IMG/VR virus record: IMGVR_UViG_3300042892_003674
Length of the DNA stretch: 64,000 bases
Source: a virus
Lineage: Duplodnaviria; Heunggongvirae; Uroviricota; Caudoviricetes
Strand: one strand, 5' to 3'
The translations under genes and the position numbers were made by a program. Positions 47,915 through 58,188 of the stretch are shown in pieces; within the stretch, counting starts at the first letter, position 1; the number at the start of each line of letters is the position of its first letter. The notes beneath the pieces were generated by a model. The model was not told the DNA's origin, ran no database searches, and worked only from the letters and a program-made list of their open reading frames with translations.

Positions 47915-49506
47915 TATGCTATCAATTCTTCTGTTTCATGTTCTACTAAAACTGCAGCTCTTTGTCTAATCTCATCAAAGTTCCACTCTTTAGTAATTAC
48001 ACCCATTCTAAATACTTCAACTAATTCGTCTTTAACAGTATCAAAGTCAGCATCCATTGAAGTAACAGTTCTGAAAGTACCATCATCATTTTTAACAAGT
48101 TTCAAACGACCTTGTTTAGATTTTTTGAAAGATTTCATAATATTACCATCTGCATCCATTTCTGTAGGAGATTTAACTACATTTCTTTCTTCACCATCAA
48201 CTACAGCAAAACAAGCTTTAGTTGCAAAGTTATTTGTATCACGGTTTATATCCGCTTGTAGTAATTTACCACCCATACCTAGTGCTAAGTTCTCTGGAGA
48301 AATTTTCTCTGCTTTTAACATCGCATAGATTTCACCAATTGATTCTAAGTTTACACCGTCACCTTGAATTACTCTAACTTGTGGTGGAAGTACTTTGTAA
48401 CCTTTTTCATTTACAGTATAACCAAACTTGTCAAATAATATATCAAAGATTTCTTTTAATGTTCTTAAAACGTGACCAGAGTCAGGTCTAATAACTAATT
48501 GATTTCCAGGTGTTGCAGGTCTTGAAAGAACTAAATCTCTTAACTCAGTTCCCCAATACTCAGAACAAGCTCTAAAGATGTTATATGAATCTGATACACA
48601 TGCTACTAATCCAGTAGGAAATGTTTTTAAAACTCGCATCATTAACTCTAACTCTCCTTCTTCACCTTTAAGTGTCATAATAGAGTGTTCAGTTGCTGGA
48701 ATTGATAAACCATATACTCTATCTGTATTATATACGTCTCTAATCAATTTAGAAGCGATTACAGTGTCTGATCCTAGGAAGTTGACTAAATGTGCTGATC
48801 CACCAATTTTCGCTGATTGTACAGAAGATACACCTCTAAAACCAAAGTCATTTAAAACAAAATCAACTAAGAAATTGATTGTTTTATCATCATAAGAAGT
48901 ACAATCTAAAAATGAATTGGTTACAATTTTTCTAACTTCTCTTGAAAGAGTAGCCACAGTGATTGGATACCAAACTTGAAGTAAGATACTTTCTAGGAAG
49001 TTTGTCAACCAAGCACATTTTTCATCTAAGCTTTCAATAATGAAAAGTACATTTTTTGTATTTACAACGGTTCCCTCTGGTACAGCTTTAATACTGATAG
49101 GAAGTTTACCATCATATTTATCAACGATATAATCGAATTTAGAACGGTCGAATACATCTTCTCTGCCAAATACACCTAATTTAGAAGCTAAGTAATCATC
49201 TGCTTCATCAACTTCTTCTTTAGTAATAGCGATACCTTCTAAGTATTGTTTAAGTAAAATTTGTAGACCATAGAATAAGGTTTCAGAGAATTTACCACCA
49301 CGAGATTCCATATAGGAAACCATTTTGGTCATTTCTGTACCGTAAAATCGGTGGTGTGAGTATTTGTATGCGTCAGAGCAAAGGATTAAATTGTCTGGTT
49401 TTGTAATGATTTTTGTTAGGTATTTTTGAATACCTTCTAAAGAGTTCCAATCTTTATCAGCAATGGCTCTTTCTAATTTTCGAGTAATTTGTCTTTGTAA
49501 ACTCAT
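47914..49506 (-). CDS. nadV: nicotinamide phosphoribosyltransferase
   Basis: SDAYKYSH, DFGFRG, SIPATEHS, VSDSY, VIRPDSG, IQGDG, KKSKQGRL. Confidence 0.95.
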   Translation of the reverse strand: MSLQRQITRKLERAIADKDWNSLEGIQKYLTKIITKPDNLILCSDAYKYSHHRFYGTEMTKMVSYMESRGGKFSETLFYGLQILLKQYLEGIAITKEEVDEADDYLASKLGVFGREDVFDRSKFDYIVDKYDGKLPISIKAVPEGTVVNTKNVLFIIESLDEKCAWLTNFLESILLQVWYPITVATLSREVRKIVTNSFLDCTSYDDKTINFLVDFVLNDFGFRGVSSVQSAKIGGSAHLVNFLGSDTVIASKLIRDVYNTDRVYGLSIPATEHSIMTLKGEEGELELMMRVLKTFPTGLVACVSDSYNIFRACSEYWGTELRDLVLSRPATPGNQLVIRPDSGHVLRTLKEIFDILFDKFGYTVNEKGYKVLPPQVRVIQGDGVNLESIGEIYAMLKAEKISPENLALGMGGKLLQADINRDTNNFATKACFAVVDGEERNVVKSPTEMDADGNIMKSFKKSKQGRLKLVKNDDGTFRTVTSMDADFDTVKDELVEVFRMGVITKEWNFDEIRQRAAVLVEHETEELIA

Positions 49507-49511
49507 AATAT

Positions 49512-49838
49512 TTAATTTAATATTTTTTCTATCTTTTTATCCCTAATATCTGCGGTAGATTCATGTACTGTTCCACCCAAACTCTTTCCCATACCTTGTG
49601 TAAGTTTAAGAACTATTTCACCTGCTTCTTCAATACTTTCTACTTTAAACTTTAAATCTGAAATAGATAATTCATTTTTCTCCTCTTTATAGACACATGT
49701 AGGACCACCTGACATATCACCTAAATATATGTAATAATATGGTGTTGAAATACCTACCGCTTGATCTTTTATCCAATTAAATGGATAAGATTGAACCATC
49801 ATTAAGCCGTTTCCTATCTTTATAACTGGATTATTCAT
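49512..49838 (-). CDS. hypothetical protein with C-terminal RDKKIEKIL motif
   Basis: 108 aa, inserted between the NAD genes. Confidence 0.65.
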   Translation of the reverse strand: MNNPVIKIGNGLMMVQSYPFNWIKDQAVGISTPYYYIYLGDMSGGPTCVYKEEKNELSISDLKFKVESIEEAGEIVLKLTQGMGKSLGGTVHESTADIRDKKIEKILN

Positions 49839-50833
49839 TATTCAATTGTGTAAGTTACATTAGTTCTTTCTTCTAATCTCTCGCCAATTGACATAAGATT
49901 TTGAGAGTAAACTTTGTCGATGAAAGTTTTCATTAAATCTCTGTGTTCTGGAACAATCCCAGTTCTAATGCCATCATAGTTACTAAATTTATTAGCCGGT
50001 ATCCATTTTACTTCGGCTATATCATCAGAAGCTTTTGCAAGTCCAAAATGTCTTGTTGCTAAGTATAATGTAGTCATAATACCAGATTCTTCACCTTTAT
50101 ATCTCCAATCATTTACTTTTTGTGAAGTAATGTAAGTTAAGTCTCTATTTACTACTAGGTTACCACCAGTTTCTTCATCAAGTTCTCTTAAAGCTGCTGC
50201 TTCAAATGAAGCGTCTTTAGTATCAACAAAACCACCAATAAATCTAAATAGTTTCTCGTTAGGTTTTCTACCTAAAAGTATGTTACCTTCACTATCGTGT
50301 GCAACAATATCAACAGTTGGGAAAGTTGTAGGTCTGTGATTAAAAGAAGAGTAAATAACTCCGGCTCTAAAGTCGTCAGTATCTAATGTTTCTTTTGCAA
50401 CTTCTTCACGGATATTCGTACCGTTATAAGTAACACTTTCTTCTAATTCAATAACTGGAAATTTACCTTTGTATGAAGGAATAAAAGAGTCTCTGCTTCC
50501 GTAGATTACAGTTTTTTTCTCACCAAAAGGAATAGGGATAATAGAATCAACATCGTGAGACCATTTTTCGTTATATCTTTGATCTTGAATAGGTAAGATC
50601 ATAACAGAAGGGAATTCTTTTTGAATCATTGCTTTACGAGAAGCAAAGTCTAGTGGATTTTTACGAGTGTTTTGAACTCTAGATACACCTAAAAGTATGA
50701 TTACTTTTTTATGGTTATCTAATACGTAGTTGATTAGTGATCTGTGACCATCATGTAGTTTGTTTACTTGAAAACGGCCAATAATTGTACCAACTTCAAA
50801 GTCTTTCGGGTTTATTTCTGATTTGATTATCAT
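49838..50833 (-). CDS. nadM: bifunctional NMN adenylyltransferase / Nudix (NadM-Nudix)
   Basis: IGRFQVNKLHDGH, NPL, GGFVD...AALRELDEETG. Confidence 0.9.
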   Translation of the reverse strand: MIIKSEINPKDFEVGTIIGRFQVNKLHDGHRSLINYVLDNHKKVIILLGVSRVQNTRKNPLDFASRKAMIQKEFPSVMILPIQDQRYNEKWSHDVDSIIPIPFGEKKTVIYGSRDSFIPSYKGKFPVIELEESVTYNGTNIREEVAKETLDTDDFRAGVIYSSFNHRPTTFPTVDIVAHDSEGNILLGRKPNEKLFRFIGGFVDTKDASFEAAALRELDEETGGNLVVNRDLTYITSQKVNDWRYKGEESGIMTTLYLATRHFGLAKASDDIAEVKWIPANKFSNYDGIRTGIVPEHRDLMKTFIDKVYSQNLMSIGERLEERTNVTYTIE

Positions 50834-50852
50834 AATATATGTTTTAATTTTT

Positions 50853-51089
50853 TTAAATAACAGTTACTTCTTCAAAATGCCAGCATGACATAGGATCTTC
50901 ATCATAAGATTTTAGAACACCATCAACTAGAGCATTAAATGATATATTGATTTGATTATCTTCAATCAATATATCCGTTACATTCCATTCCCAATTCTTT
51001 AAAGTATCAATGATACCTTGTTTTAGGGTTTCGATACTTGAATAGTATCCAATTGCGTCATTGTTTCTTTTTAGTATAAATACTATCAT
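50853..51089 (-). CDS. hypothetical protein
   Basis: 78 aa ORF. Confidence 0.6.
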   Translation of the reverse strand: MIVFILKRNNDAIGYYSSIETLKQGIIDTLKNWEWNVTDILIEDNQINISFNALVDGVLKSYDEDPMSCWHFEEVTVI

Positions 51090-51108
51090 AAATTATATGA
51101 TTTTTTTA

Positions 51109-51462
51109 TTAAATAGTTATAGTTATTTTAAACTTCTTTATTTGATTATATTTGAAAAGAGGGAAAACTACATGAAGTTCTCTTTTACTATCCATTGTTT
51201 GATAGGATACATTTGCATCATATTTACGTTTCATAAAATCAACAACTGTTAAAACTTTTGGTTGTATCTTACTTATTTTAAATCCTTTTTTATTTTCTTT
51301 AGTTATATAAACATCTATAATATGTCTATTATTACCAAATTTATAAGTTTCAGAATCTACAAAAACTTTTCTAACCTCAAAATCATCATCAATTAGTTCT
51401 ACGAGAACACCATCGATTATATTATCGATTTCTTCTTGAACGTCTTGTAGTTTGATTTTCAT
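51109..51462 (-). CDS. hypothetical protein, possibly a distant relative of the 45601-46963 family
   Basis: IIDGVLVELIDDDFEV; start reset to MKIKL behind a TAtcTTTG box. Confidence 0.6.
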   Translation of the reverse strand: MKIKLQDVQEEIDNIIDGVLVELIDDDFEVRKVFVDSETYKFGNNRHIIDVYITKENKKGFKISKIQPKVLTVVDFMKRKYDANVSYQTMDSKRELHVVFPLFKYNQIKKFKITITI

Positions 51463-51507
51463 AGTACAAAGATACAAAAAATCCTCCAATGTGGAGGATT
51501 TTTTTAT

Positions 51508-52737
51508 TTAATCTTCATCATTATATTCATCTTCGTCATAATCTTGTGGATCATAATAATTCTCATCAGAACCTTCATATCCACCATTTGTACCTCTAAG
51601 TCTTCTATCATATTCATCATTGAAATTCATCAATGTATTATCATCTAGGTTAGCAAAAGACATAGTATCGGTATAAGGATAAAACGCAAAGTTAGTTTCA
51701 TCTAAATCAACTGTGATAACGGCTTTTTGTTCTATAACTCCATTACAGATAGTACACTCAAAATCCATACTTTGTGACTTTTTATACCAGAAATTTTTTG
51801 ATTGTGCAAATGTTATAAACAATTCAGTATCAGAATCATTACTAGTGTAAATTCTATCCATAAAGTTTATAGTACCTTCTACACCAACACATTTAGCATC
51901 ATTCCATAAAATTGCTCTACCTTTGATTTTATCAGAAGTATATTTACCATCTTCAATTTTACCAGCATCATCATAAAGAATAACTAATTTAACTTGTGGA
52001 TTTTTAACATAAATCTCAAAGAAGTCTGATTTCACATTAGCCATACAGGAGTTGTTCAAAGTACCACCACCTTTAGTATATTTCTCATGACGATACCATT
52101 TTGCGATGTCTTCACCAGATACTATATCAAATTTATTAGTAGCATCTTTATTAAAGTCATAAGCGGCCTTAAACTTATTAGTAAATTCTTCAATGTCTTT
52201 CTCGGTAAATGTTGCACCAACGGAAGATAAAAGGGATCTAGTCAATCTACCGATTCTAATAGAGTTTCTATTAGAAGACCAAATTTTATTAAAATTGGTT
52301 GTTGGTATCAAGGTAGATTTGTTTACAACAACTTTATAGTCACCTTCATATTGTTGAAAGATAACATATACTTTATCGGTAGTGCGTGACTTAGCTTCAC
52401 CTAAAATAGTTCCTAAAGTACCATACTCTGGTGACCAAGGGTCTCTATTAGGTTTTATATATCCTAAATCTTCGTAAATTTTATCATTTGCGGAACCGTG
52501 TGTAAGGTGTCTTGTATCCTCAGTGGTTTTCCACAACTGAGGTATACTGGCTTTAATTTCAGCAACTTTTCTATCAGGTGTAAAAGATACAGTATCTTTT
52601 TTGTCGGTAATATCAATATAGTTTTGAGTAACTATAAAGCTTTTATTTTCAATGTCTAAAAGTATTTTTGCGACACGGTGGTCAATAAGTCTTAATAAGT
52701 TTGTGAACTTACTGGAATATTTAATTTCAGATTGCAT
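51508..52737 (-). CDS. paralog of 25612-27516
   Basis: GTLNNSCM, KGRAILW, FMDRIY, FYPYTDT. Confidence 0.75.
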   Translation of the reverse strand: MQSEIKYSSKFTNLLRLIDHRVAKILLDIENKSFIVTQNYIDITDKKDTVSFTPDRKVAEIKASIPQLWKTTEDTRHLTHGSANDKIYEDLGYIKPNRDPWSPEYGTLGTILGEAKSRTTDKVYVIFQQYEGDYKVVVNKSTLIPTTNFNKIWSSNRNSIRIGRLTRSLLSSVGATFTEKDIEEFTNKFKAAYDFNKDATNKFDIVSGEDIAKWYRHEKYTKGGGTLNNSCMANVKSDFFEIYVKNPQVKLVILYDDAGKIEDGKYTSDKIKGRAILWNDAKCVGVEGTINFMDRIYTSNDSDTELFITFAQSKNFWYKKSQSMDFECTICNGVIEQKAVITVDLDETNFAFYPYTDTMSFANLDDNTLMNFNDEYDRRLRGTNGGYEGSDENYYDPQDYDEDEYNDED

Positions 52738-52805
52738 ATATTGTCTTTTGTATTAGATTACAAATATAATTAAATTATTTGAATAAAAAAGAGAAATCTC
52801 AAAAT

Positions 52806-53009
52806 TTAATTTGAGATTTCTCCTCTATATTCTTGTTTGTATTTTCCACACGGACATACCCAACAATCTTCTGTTGGAATTAAAGCACCCCAATTTGGTT
52901 GTTTATCTCTTTCACATCCATCATAAGAACAACATGTATAAGGATGATACCTTGTATTGTCTTGTTGATCTTGTAGTTTTTGTACTTGTTCTTTACTTAT
53001 CTTTCCCAT
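52806..53009 (-). CDS. small Cys-rich (putative zinc-binding) protein
   Basis: HPYTCC....C...WVCPCGKYKQ. Confidence 0.65.
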   Translation of the reverse strand: MGKISKEQVQKLQDQQDNTRYHPYTCCSYDGCERDKQPNWGALIPTEDCWVCPCGKYKQEYRGEISN

Positions 53010-53436
53010 TTAATATTTCATTTAGTATTTCGTCTCTTATTTCAGATTTTGGCTTAATAGTAATTTCATCAAATCTATAAGCAGTTCCATTTTTAGAACG
53101 AATTGAGTCGTGATAAATAACATCAACAATTCCTTCGAGTGGAACTTTACTATATTTTGAATGATAGTAGAATATATCATCTTTTGATGGTATATTTCCA
53201 CATAAACAATGGGTTACTGTTGGTACAGTGGATGCAGTTAAACTTGTAAAGTTGATATTAGGTAGTGTATGAATAAGATTAGATTTTCTACTAATATAAT
53301 TTTCACAATTAGTAATCGCCTTATCTATATTATCATCACTTATAGTATCTATTGAGCCATATAAAAAGTTAAATCCAAATTTTTGACCACCTGTTAGTTT
53401 TTTATATAGTTCTTCTAATTTTTCTTTCTTATTCAT
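52993..53436 (-). CDS. hypothetical protein with C-terminal RDEILNEIL motif
   Basis: 147 aa ORF. Confidence 0.65.
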   Translation of the reverse strand: MNKKEKLEELYKKLTGGQKFGFNFLYGSIDTISDDNIDKAITNCENYISRKSNLIHTLPNINFTSLTASTVPTVTHCLCGNIPSKDDIFYYHSKYSKVPLEGIVDVIYHDSIRSKNGTAYRFDEITIKPKSEIRDEILNEILNGKDK

Positions 53437-53816
53437 TACTTAACATCTATTCCTAAATTTAACATTGATTGATAAACTTGTAAATTCCAATGACCAAATG
53501 AACCTTTAATCAATTCACTAAATTTTGTCCATTTAACTACGTGTGGTTCGTCATATTCTATTTCTCCAGAGTAGTCTGCTAAATAAGTATAACCTATTCT
53601 TCCGTCTCTAGTTACTTTTACATATATCAATTTTAGATTAGTAATATCTAATCCAGTTTCTTCTTTTGTTTCTCTTATAGCACCAGCTTCTGGTGTTACA
53701 TCATAGTCTTCTAATGATCCTCCAACTAAACCAAAATCATTGTGGTCTGTCTTTCTTGATACACCTAATACTAATCCTTCTTTATTTACTAGCACAACTT
53801 GCACAGTTCCGTTCAT
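53436..53816 (-). CDS. Nudix hydrolase
   Basis: GGSLE.YD.TPEAGAIRETKEETGL Nudix box. Confidence 0.9.
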   Translation of the reverse strand: MNGTVQVVLVNKEGLVLGVSRKTDHNDFGLVGGSLEDYDVTPEAGAIRETKEETGLDITNLKLIYVKVTRDGRIGYTYLADYSGEIEYDEPHVVKWTKFSELIKGSFGHWNLQVYQSMLNLGIDVK

Positions 53817-53920
53817 ACTTTTCCTATTTAGATTACAAAGATAATGAATTATATTGATAATACAAGTAAAGTTGAAACTTTAATACTATATACTAATATA
53901 ATAATAAACTAATTTTTATA

Positions 53921-55348
53921 ATGAGAAAGGCAACAAATAAAGATAATTATACAAAGATAGAAATACTCGGTCAGTATAATACTAAGATAGAAGGTACTAA
54001 TAAAATTATTTCAGAACTACCTGTTGAGATTACTGATAAGACAGTTTTTATAGAGCCATCTTTTGGTTCTGGTAACTTTATCAAATCATTTAGAAGTAGA
54101 TATAATAATAAAATTGTTGCAGTTGAAATAGATGAAGAAGTTTTTTCAGAATTTGAACCAATTGATAACTGTCAGTTGATAAATCAAAATATCTATGACT
54201 TTGATTTAGATAAAGACTTTATAGAAGATTGTGATAGAATTTTATTAGTTGGTAATCCACCTTATAGAACTCCAGCATTATCTTTAAAAGATAGAAAACC
54301 TGAGATTGATAGATTGAAAAGATTATATAATATTGATGGTGTAAAAGAAGAATGTATATTCTTTATAGTAAAAACACTTGATGTAATTAAAAATGTGAAT
54401 AAAGAAGCAGATGTTTTTTATATTCTACCGAAAACAATCTTTCAAAATCCAACTAAAGCATTTAAGTCATTTTATACTTTCTTAAATAATAATTTGAATA
54501 TTGTATCTATTAAAGATATTGATAAAAATAATTTTGAGAACGTAAGTCAGAATTTAATTCTAGTTCACTTTACTACTACTATTACTAATAGTAAAACTAT
54601 GTTATATAATGATGAAGAAGTTTTATTAGAAGACTTCTTAGGTGCTAATCAAAATATTATACCTTATAATAAGATTTTTAAGAAAACTTATTTAGGTAGT
54701 GTTCCTGCAGAATCTTTTTTACTTTCTTGTAAAGATGAATCTAAAGAACATTTTATGTCAAGAGTATGTAGTATGTTTTTTGAAGAAACTAATCTTACTA
54801 ATCTAAAAGATAAACTGTCTTATAATAATTCACATCACTTGAGTAAAATCGATGATAATAAATTAGTAATAATTCTAGGTTATATAAATGAGATTAAAGA
54901 TTCCTATGATCTATCAGTATTTCAAAATATTGATAACTACAAAAGAATAAAACATAGAAATGAATGGAGATTTTATTTTAGACACGAAAGTATTAAAAAG
55001 GTTTCATTTGTTTATCTTATAAATAGTAATCCTGGTGAGTCTTTTTACTTTACGAGTAATCCAACATCAATATCAACCGATTATTATGGATATACAGATT
55101 ATGATGCAAATAGAAACTCTAGTCCTGGAAGTATAAGAACTGTTCCACTTGCTGGTATAAAAGATAATCTTACTGATGAATTTAAAAAGTATTGGTATGA
55201 AAATACTGAAATGCCAATTGATATGATTTATGAGTATATGATATTTATCTACAAATCTGATTGGTATAAGAATATTAAGAAAACTTATAGTAAGTTTTAC
55301 TTTGGAGTACCAGTAGAATTTATGGAAGAGTTTAAATATAAAAAATAA
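53921..55348 (+). CDS. N6-adenine DNA methyltransferase
   Basis: FIEPSFGSGNF motif I; VGNPPY motif IV. Confidence 0.85.
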   Translation: MRKATNKDNYTKIEILGQYNTKIEGTNKIISELPVEITDKTVFIEPSFGSGNFIKSFRSRYNNKIVAVEIDEEVFSEFEPIDNCQLINQNIYDFDLDKDFIEDCDRILLVGNPPYRTPALSLKDRKPEIDRLKRLYNIDGVKEECIFFIVKTLDVIKNVNKEADVFYILPKTIFQNPTKAFKSFYTFLNNNLNIVSIKDIDKNNFENVSQNLILVHFTTTITNSKTMLYNDEEVLLEDFLGANQNIIPYNKIFKKTYLGSVPAESFLLSCKDESKEHFMSRVCSMFFEETNLTNLKDKLSYNNSHHLSKIDDNKLVIILGYINEIKDSYDLSVFQNIDNYKRIKHRNEWRFYFRHESIKKVSFVYLINSNPGESFYFTSNPTSISTDYYGYTDYDANRNSSPGSIRTVPLAGIKDNLTDEFKKYWYENTEMPIDMIYEYMIFIYKSDWYKNIKKTYSKFYFGVPVEFMEEFKYKK

Positions 55349-55377
55349 AAAAAGGAGACATTAGTCTCCTTTTTTTA

Positions 55378-56133
55378 TTATAGTATATCACTAAAGTCTA
55401 AGTTAGTGTATAGTTTATCAGTTTTCTTACCATTCTCAATGTAGTAGTACTTACCATCTTTTACGTAAAGTGAGAATTTAAGATATTTTTTCAATTCATT
55501 AAATCCAATTTGTCCTTCTGTTAGGTTAGACTTGTGTTGTCCAGATAAAACAATTTTACCCGCATCATTTAATTGTTTGATAAAGGCTTTCTTGGTCTTA
55601 TCAGTTTTTTTAATTACTGTTGGATGGAAAACTGTATTTGGAACATTATAAATACTTATACCGTCTTTATAAACTAACACACCAACCATTGAGTCAAACT
55701 CACTAGGTTTAATTTGCTGAAAGCTTGTGTTAGAAAGACAAGTTTGTTTTTCAAATATAGACATTGCTCTTTGTACAGGATACTTATCTTTATCTTTACT
55801 AGACATTACTCTAATAGATTTAATTTCACCTTTCTTACCATCATATAAGAAGTCATAGTTCTCACTTGTTACACGAGTAACTCCGTTTACCATATCAACA
55901 AACTTTTTCTCAATAAGTTCTCCAGATTGAGTATTTTTAAGATAAATGTCAACGTGTGGAAATGAATCTCCACCATACATTCTTTTTAAAACAGTTAAGA
56001 AAGTTTTTCTTTCTTCATCAGTTGTTAAATGGTCGTTTTTTAAGTCTGTTAGTAAACTAGCAAACACTGAAAAGTCAACCTTTGAAAGTTCGTCTGATGT
56101 AATTGTATCTATGTTTATGTCTTTAAGTTCCAT
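55378..56133 (-). CDS. putative PD-(D/E)xK restriction endonuclease
   Basis: GELIE...YDFLYDGKKGEIKS; FQQIKP; convergent with the MTase. Confidence 0.5.
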   Translation of the reverse strand: MELKDINIDTITSDELSKVDFSVFASLLTDLKNDHLTTDEERKTFLTVLKRMYGGDSFPHVDIYLKNTQSGELIEKKFVDMVNGVTRVTSENYDFLYDGKKGEIKSIRVMSSKDKDKYPVQRAMSIFEKQTCLSNTSFQQIKPSEFDSMVGVLVYKDGISIYNVPNTVFHPTVIKKTDKTKKAFIKQLNDAGKIVLSGQHKSNLTEGQIGFNELKKYLKFSLYVKDGKYYYIENGKKTDKLYTNLDFSDIL

Positions 56134-56206
56134 GTTTTTTATTTATTTTTATTAAGCAAATATACAACATATATTTACATTTTCCTAGTAAAGGTTGATT
56201 TATTTT

Positions 56207-56443
56207 TTATTTACAATGATCGTGTTCACATTTTTTATGTTTACACTTATACGAAGTAATAATAAGAGGTATAAGACAACAAAATATATGAAACTTAAAT
56301 CCATATGCAATTATGAACCCAAGCCAACCAAACCAACTAAAATCAAGTTTATGAAGGTCTATATTAAATATGTGTGATATAGCATGTTCTAATAAGTAGA
56401 ATGCTATAAATGATACGATAAATGTGATTATAAATTTCTTCAT
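56207..56443 (-). CDS. small membrane protein with Cys/His-rich tail
   Basis: Two hydrophobic segments; CKHKKCEHDHC. Confidence 0.65.
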   Translation of the reverse strand: MKKFIITFIVSFIAFYLLEHAISHIFNIDLHKLDFSWFGWLGFIIAYGFKFHIFCCLIPLIITSYKCKHKKCEHDHCK

Positions 56444-57048
56444 TATTTAACTAAAATATGTTTTGACCAGAACTCAACTGATTCATTATAAACTTTTTTG
56501 TTTAATTTTTCTCCGTTACCACCCTCTTCAACACCTAAAGCATTTCTCATAATAGTGATCGGTACAAGTGGATCAGGGTGTGGAAGAACCGTACCCATAA
56601 TCGAAACAATTCCCCATTCAACATTATCATCAAAGTAAAACTCTTGTCCTTCTTCTTTTGGTTTAAATTCCTTTTGAAGTTGCTCTTTTGAATAAAGAAC
56701 TAAAACAATATAGTTTGCTTCCTGTGATTTGAATCCAGGTGGTAGTTGAACATATCTAGTTAGAATTGCCAACTCTTCTGGGGTTCTTTGTGAATAGTCT
56801 GTTCTAATATAAGGGTAAATGTCTAATGTAATTGGTCTAACTGCACATTTTACACCAAACTCATTTGGTAAAACCAAGTACTTACAAAAACTCCACTCAG
56901 AATCTAACATAGTTTCTGTTGAAGCATAATCATAAGCATCATTTATTACTTCTAATAGTTCGTCTTTAACTTCGGGATCAACTTTAGTTCCAGAGAAATT
57001 CTGTGAGAATTGTCTGGTTACAAAAGGATCATATTCAATTTTCTTCAT
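56443..57048 (-). CDS. DUF3228-like protein
   Basis: RTPEELAILTR, LYSKEQL, WGIVSI, PITIMRNALGVEEGG. Confidence 0.75.
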   Translation of the reverse strand: MKKIEYDPFVTRQFSQNFSGTKVDPEVKDELLEVINDAYDYASTETMLDSEWSFCKYLVLPNEFGVKCAVRPITLDIYPYIRTDYSQRTPEELAILTRYVQLPPGFKSQEANYIVLVLYSKEQLQKEFKPKEEGQEFYFDDNVEWGIVSIMGTVLPHPDPLVPITIMRNALGVEEGGNGEKLNKKVYNESVEFWSKHILVK

Positions 57049-57120
57049 TTTTATCTTAATTTAATTTTTATCAATGTTTCCAAAAACATGTAACATCATG
57101 ATATATAATATAAACTTATA

Positions 57121-57627
57121 CTATATCCCAAGTAATTGTTTTAATTTCTTCTCTCTTAATAAGGCAGTAACCAATCTTGGCTCATGTTCAATAATGAAAT
57201 TCATTATTTCTGTCAATATGTCACAATTTTCTACAATATCTCTACATCCTCTTGAGTTCCAAAGATACCAACATTCATCTGTATGCCAATCAATAGGTTT
57301 ATCTTCATCTGAACCATAATTTCTAAAGCTCCATTCAAATTTTTTATAGCTTTTTTGTTCGTCACGCCAACCAGAATACCACTCTAAACCAACTTCGGTT
57401 ACTAACTCTTCGTCATTATACCAAACAAGTTTTATATTGATGTCAGTGTGATTATTTCCTTTTGGTTTGTCTTTATAAACTAAAGTAAAATTACTTTGAT
57501 GTCCAAACTGTCTGTTTTCATATCTTTCATATATGTCAAAATACTGTTTAACAAAATCTTTTATTTGTTCAACAGTACAACAATCTTGACGTTGTTTAAT
57601 TCTTCGAGGTGTATCAATCAATTTCAT
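57121..57627 (-). CDS. hypothetical protein with C-terminal REKKLKQLL motif
   Basis: 168 aa ORF. Confidence 0.7.
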   Translation of the reverse strand: MKLIDTPRRIKQRQDCCTVEQIKDFVKQYFDIYERYENRQFGHQSNFTLVYKDKPKGNNHTDINIKLVWYNDEELVTEVGLEWYSGWRDEQKSYKKFEWSFRNYGSDEDKPIDWHTDECWYLWNSRGCRDIVENCDILTEIMNFIIEHEPRLVTALLREKKLKQLLGI

Positions 57628-57877
57628 TTACTTCTTTTAATAGTTGACGAACTTTCATAAATCTTTTAGGTGTTTTAATCCAAAGACCATATAAATCAAC
57701 GAATAAGGCTGGACCTTTTTTGCCATCAACTGGTTCTTTTCTAAGAATATCACAGTTACCTCTATGATTAGATTTTAGAACTTCTACTTCATAGGGTCTT
57801 TCTATTGAACTCATATAAAAAAAACGAACCTCGGTTTTATTGAGACCTAAAGTTCTTAGTACGTCAGTTAAATCCAT
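57614..57877 (-). CDS. hypothetical protein, tandem paralog A
   Basis: Shares EV.SN..G.C.I.R and WIKTP.RF with the next ORF. Confidence 0.7.
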   Translation of the reverse strand: MDLTDVLRTLGLNKTEVRFFYMSSIERPYEVEVLKSNHRGNCDILRKEPVDGKKGPALFVDLYGLWIKTPKRFMKVRQLLKEVNEID

Positions 57878-57878
57878 A

Positions 57879-58142
57879 TTATTTTTCTAATTCTTTTAAC
57901 CAAACACCAATTTGTACAAATCTTGTAGGTGTTTTGATCCATATTGTGTTTATTGTAGTAAAAAATCCAGCATAATCAATCCTTTCATTTATTTGAGTTA
58001 GTCTAATTATCTCACATTCGCCATTCTTATTAGAATTGATGATTTCTATTTCAACAGGTTTTTCATCAGTAGTATTCTTATAAAAATAAGAAACACCTGA
58101 TTTATCTAAATCTACTTTTTTAAGGAAGTCTTTTATAAACAT
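57879..58142 (-). CDS. hypothetical protein, tandem paralog B
   Basis: WIKTPTRF; TActTTTG box upstream. Confidence 0.7.
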   Translation of the reverse strand: MFIKDFLKKVDLDKSGVSYFYKNTTDEKPVEIEIINSNKNGECEIIRLTQINERIDYAGFFTTINTIWIKTPTRFVQIGVWLKELEK

Positions 58143-58188
58143 AACTTTATTTTTTACAAAAGTAAGTAAAAAAATTAGTATTTACAAA

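Noticed and set aside
1876-57319. Short antisense ORFs inside longer genes (e.g. 1876, 4807, 6183, 9956, 20659, 48578, 57074)
   Set aside because: Shadow frames of well-supported opposite-strand genes.
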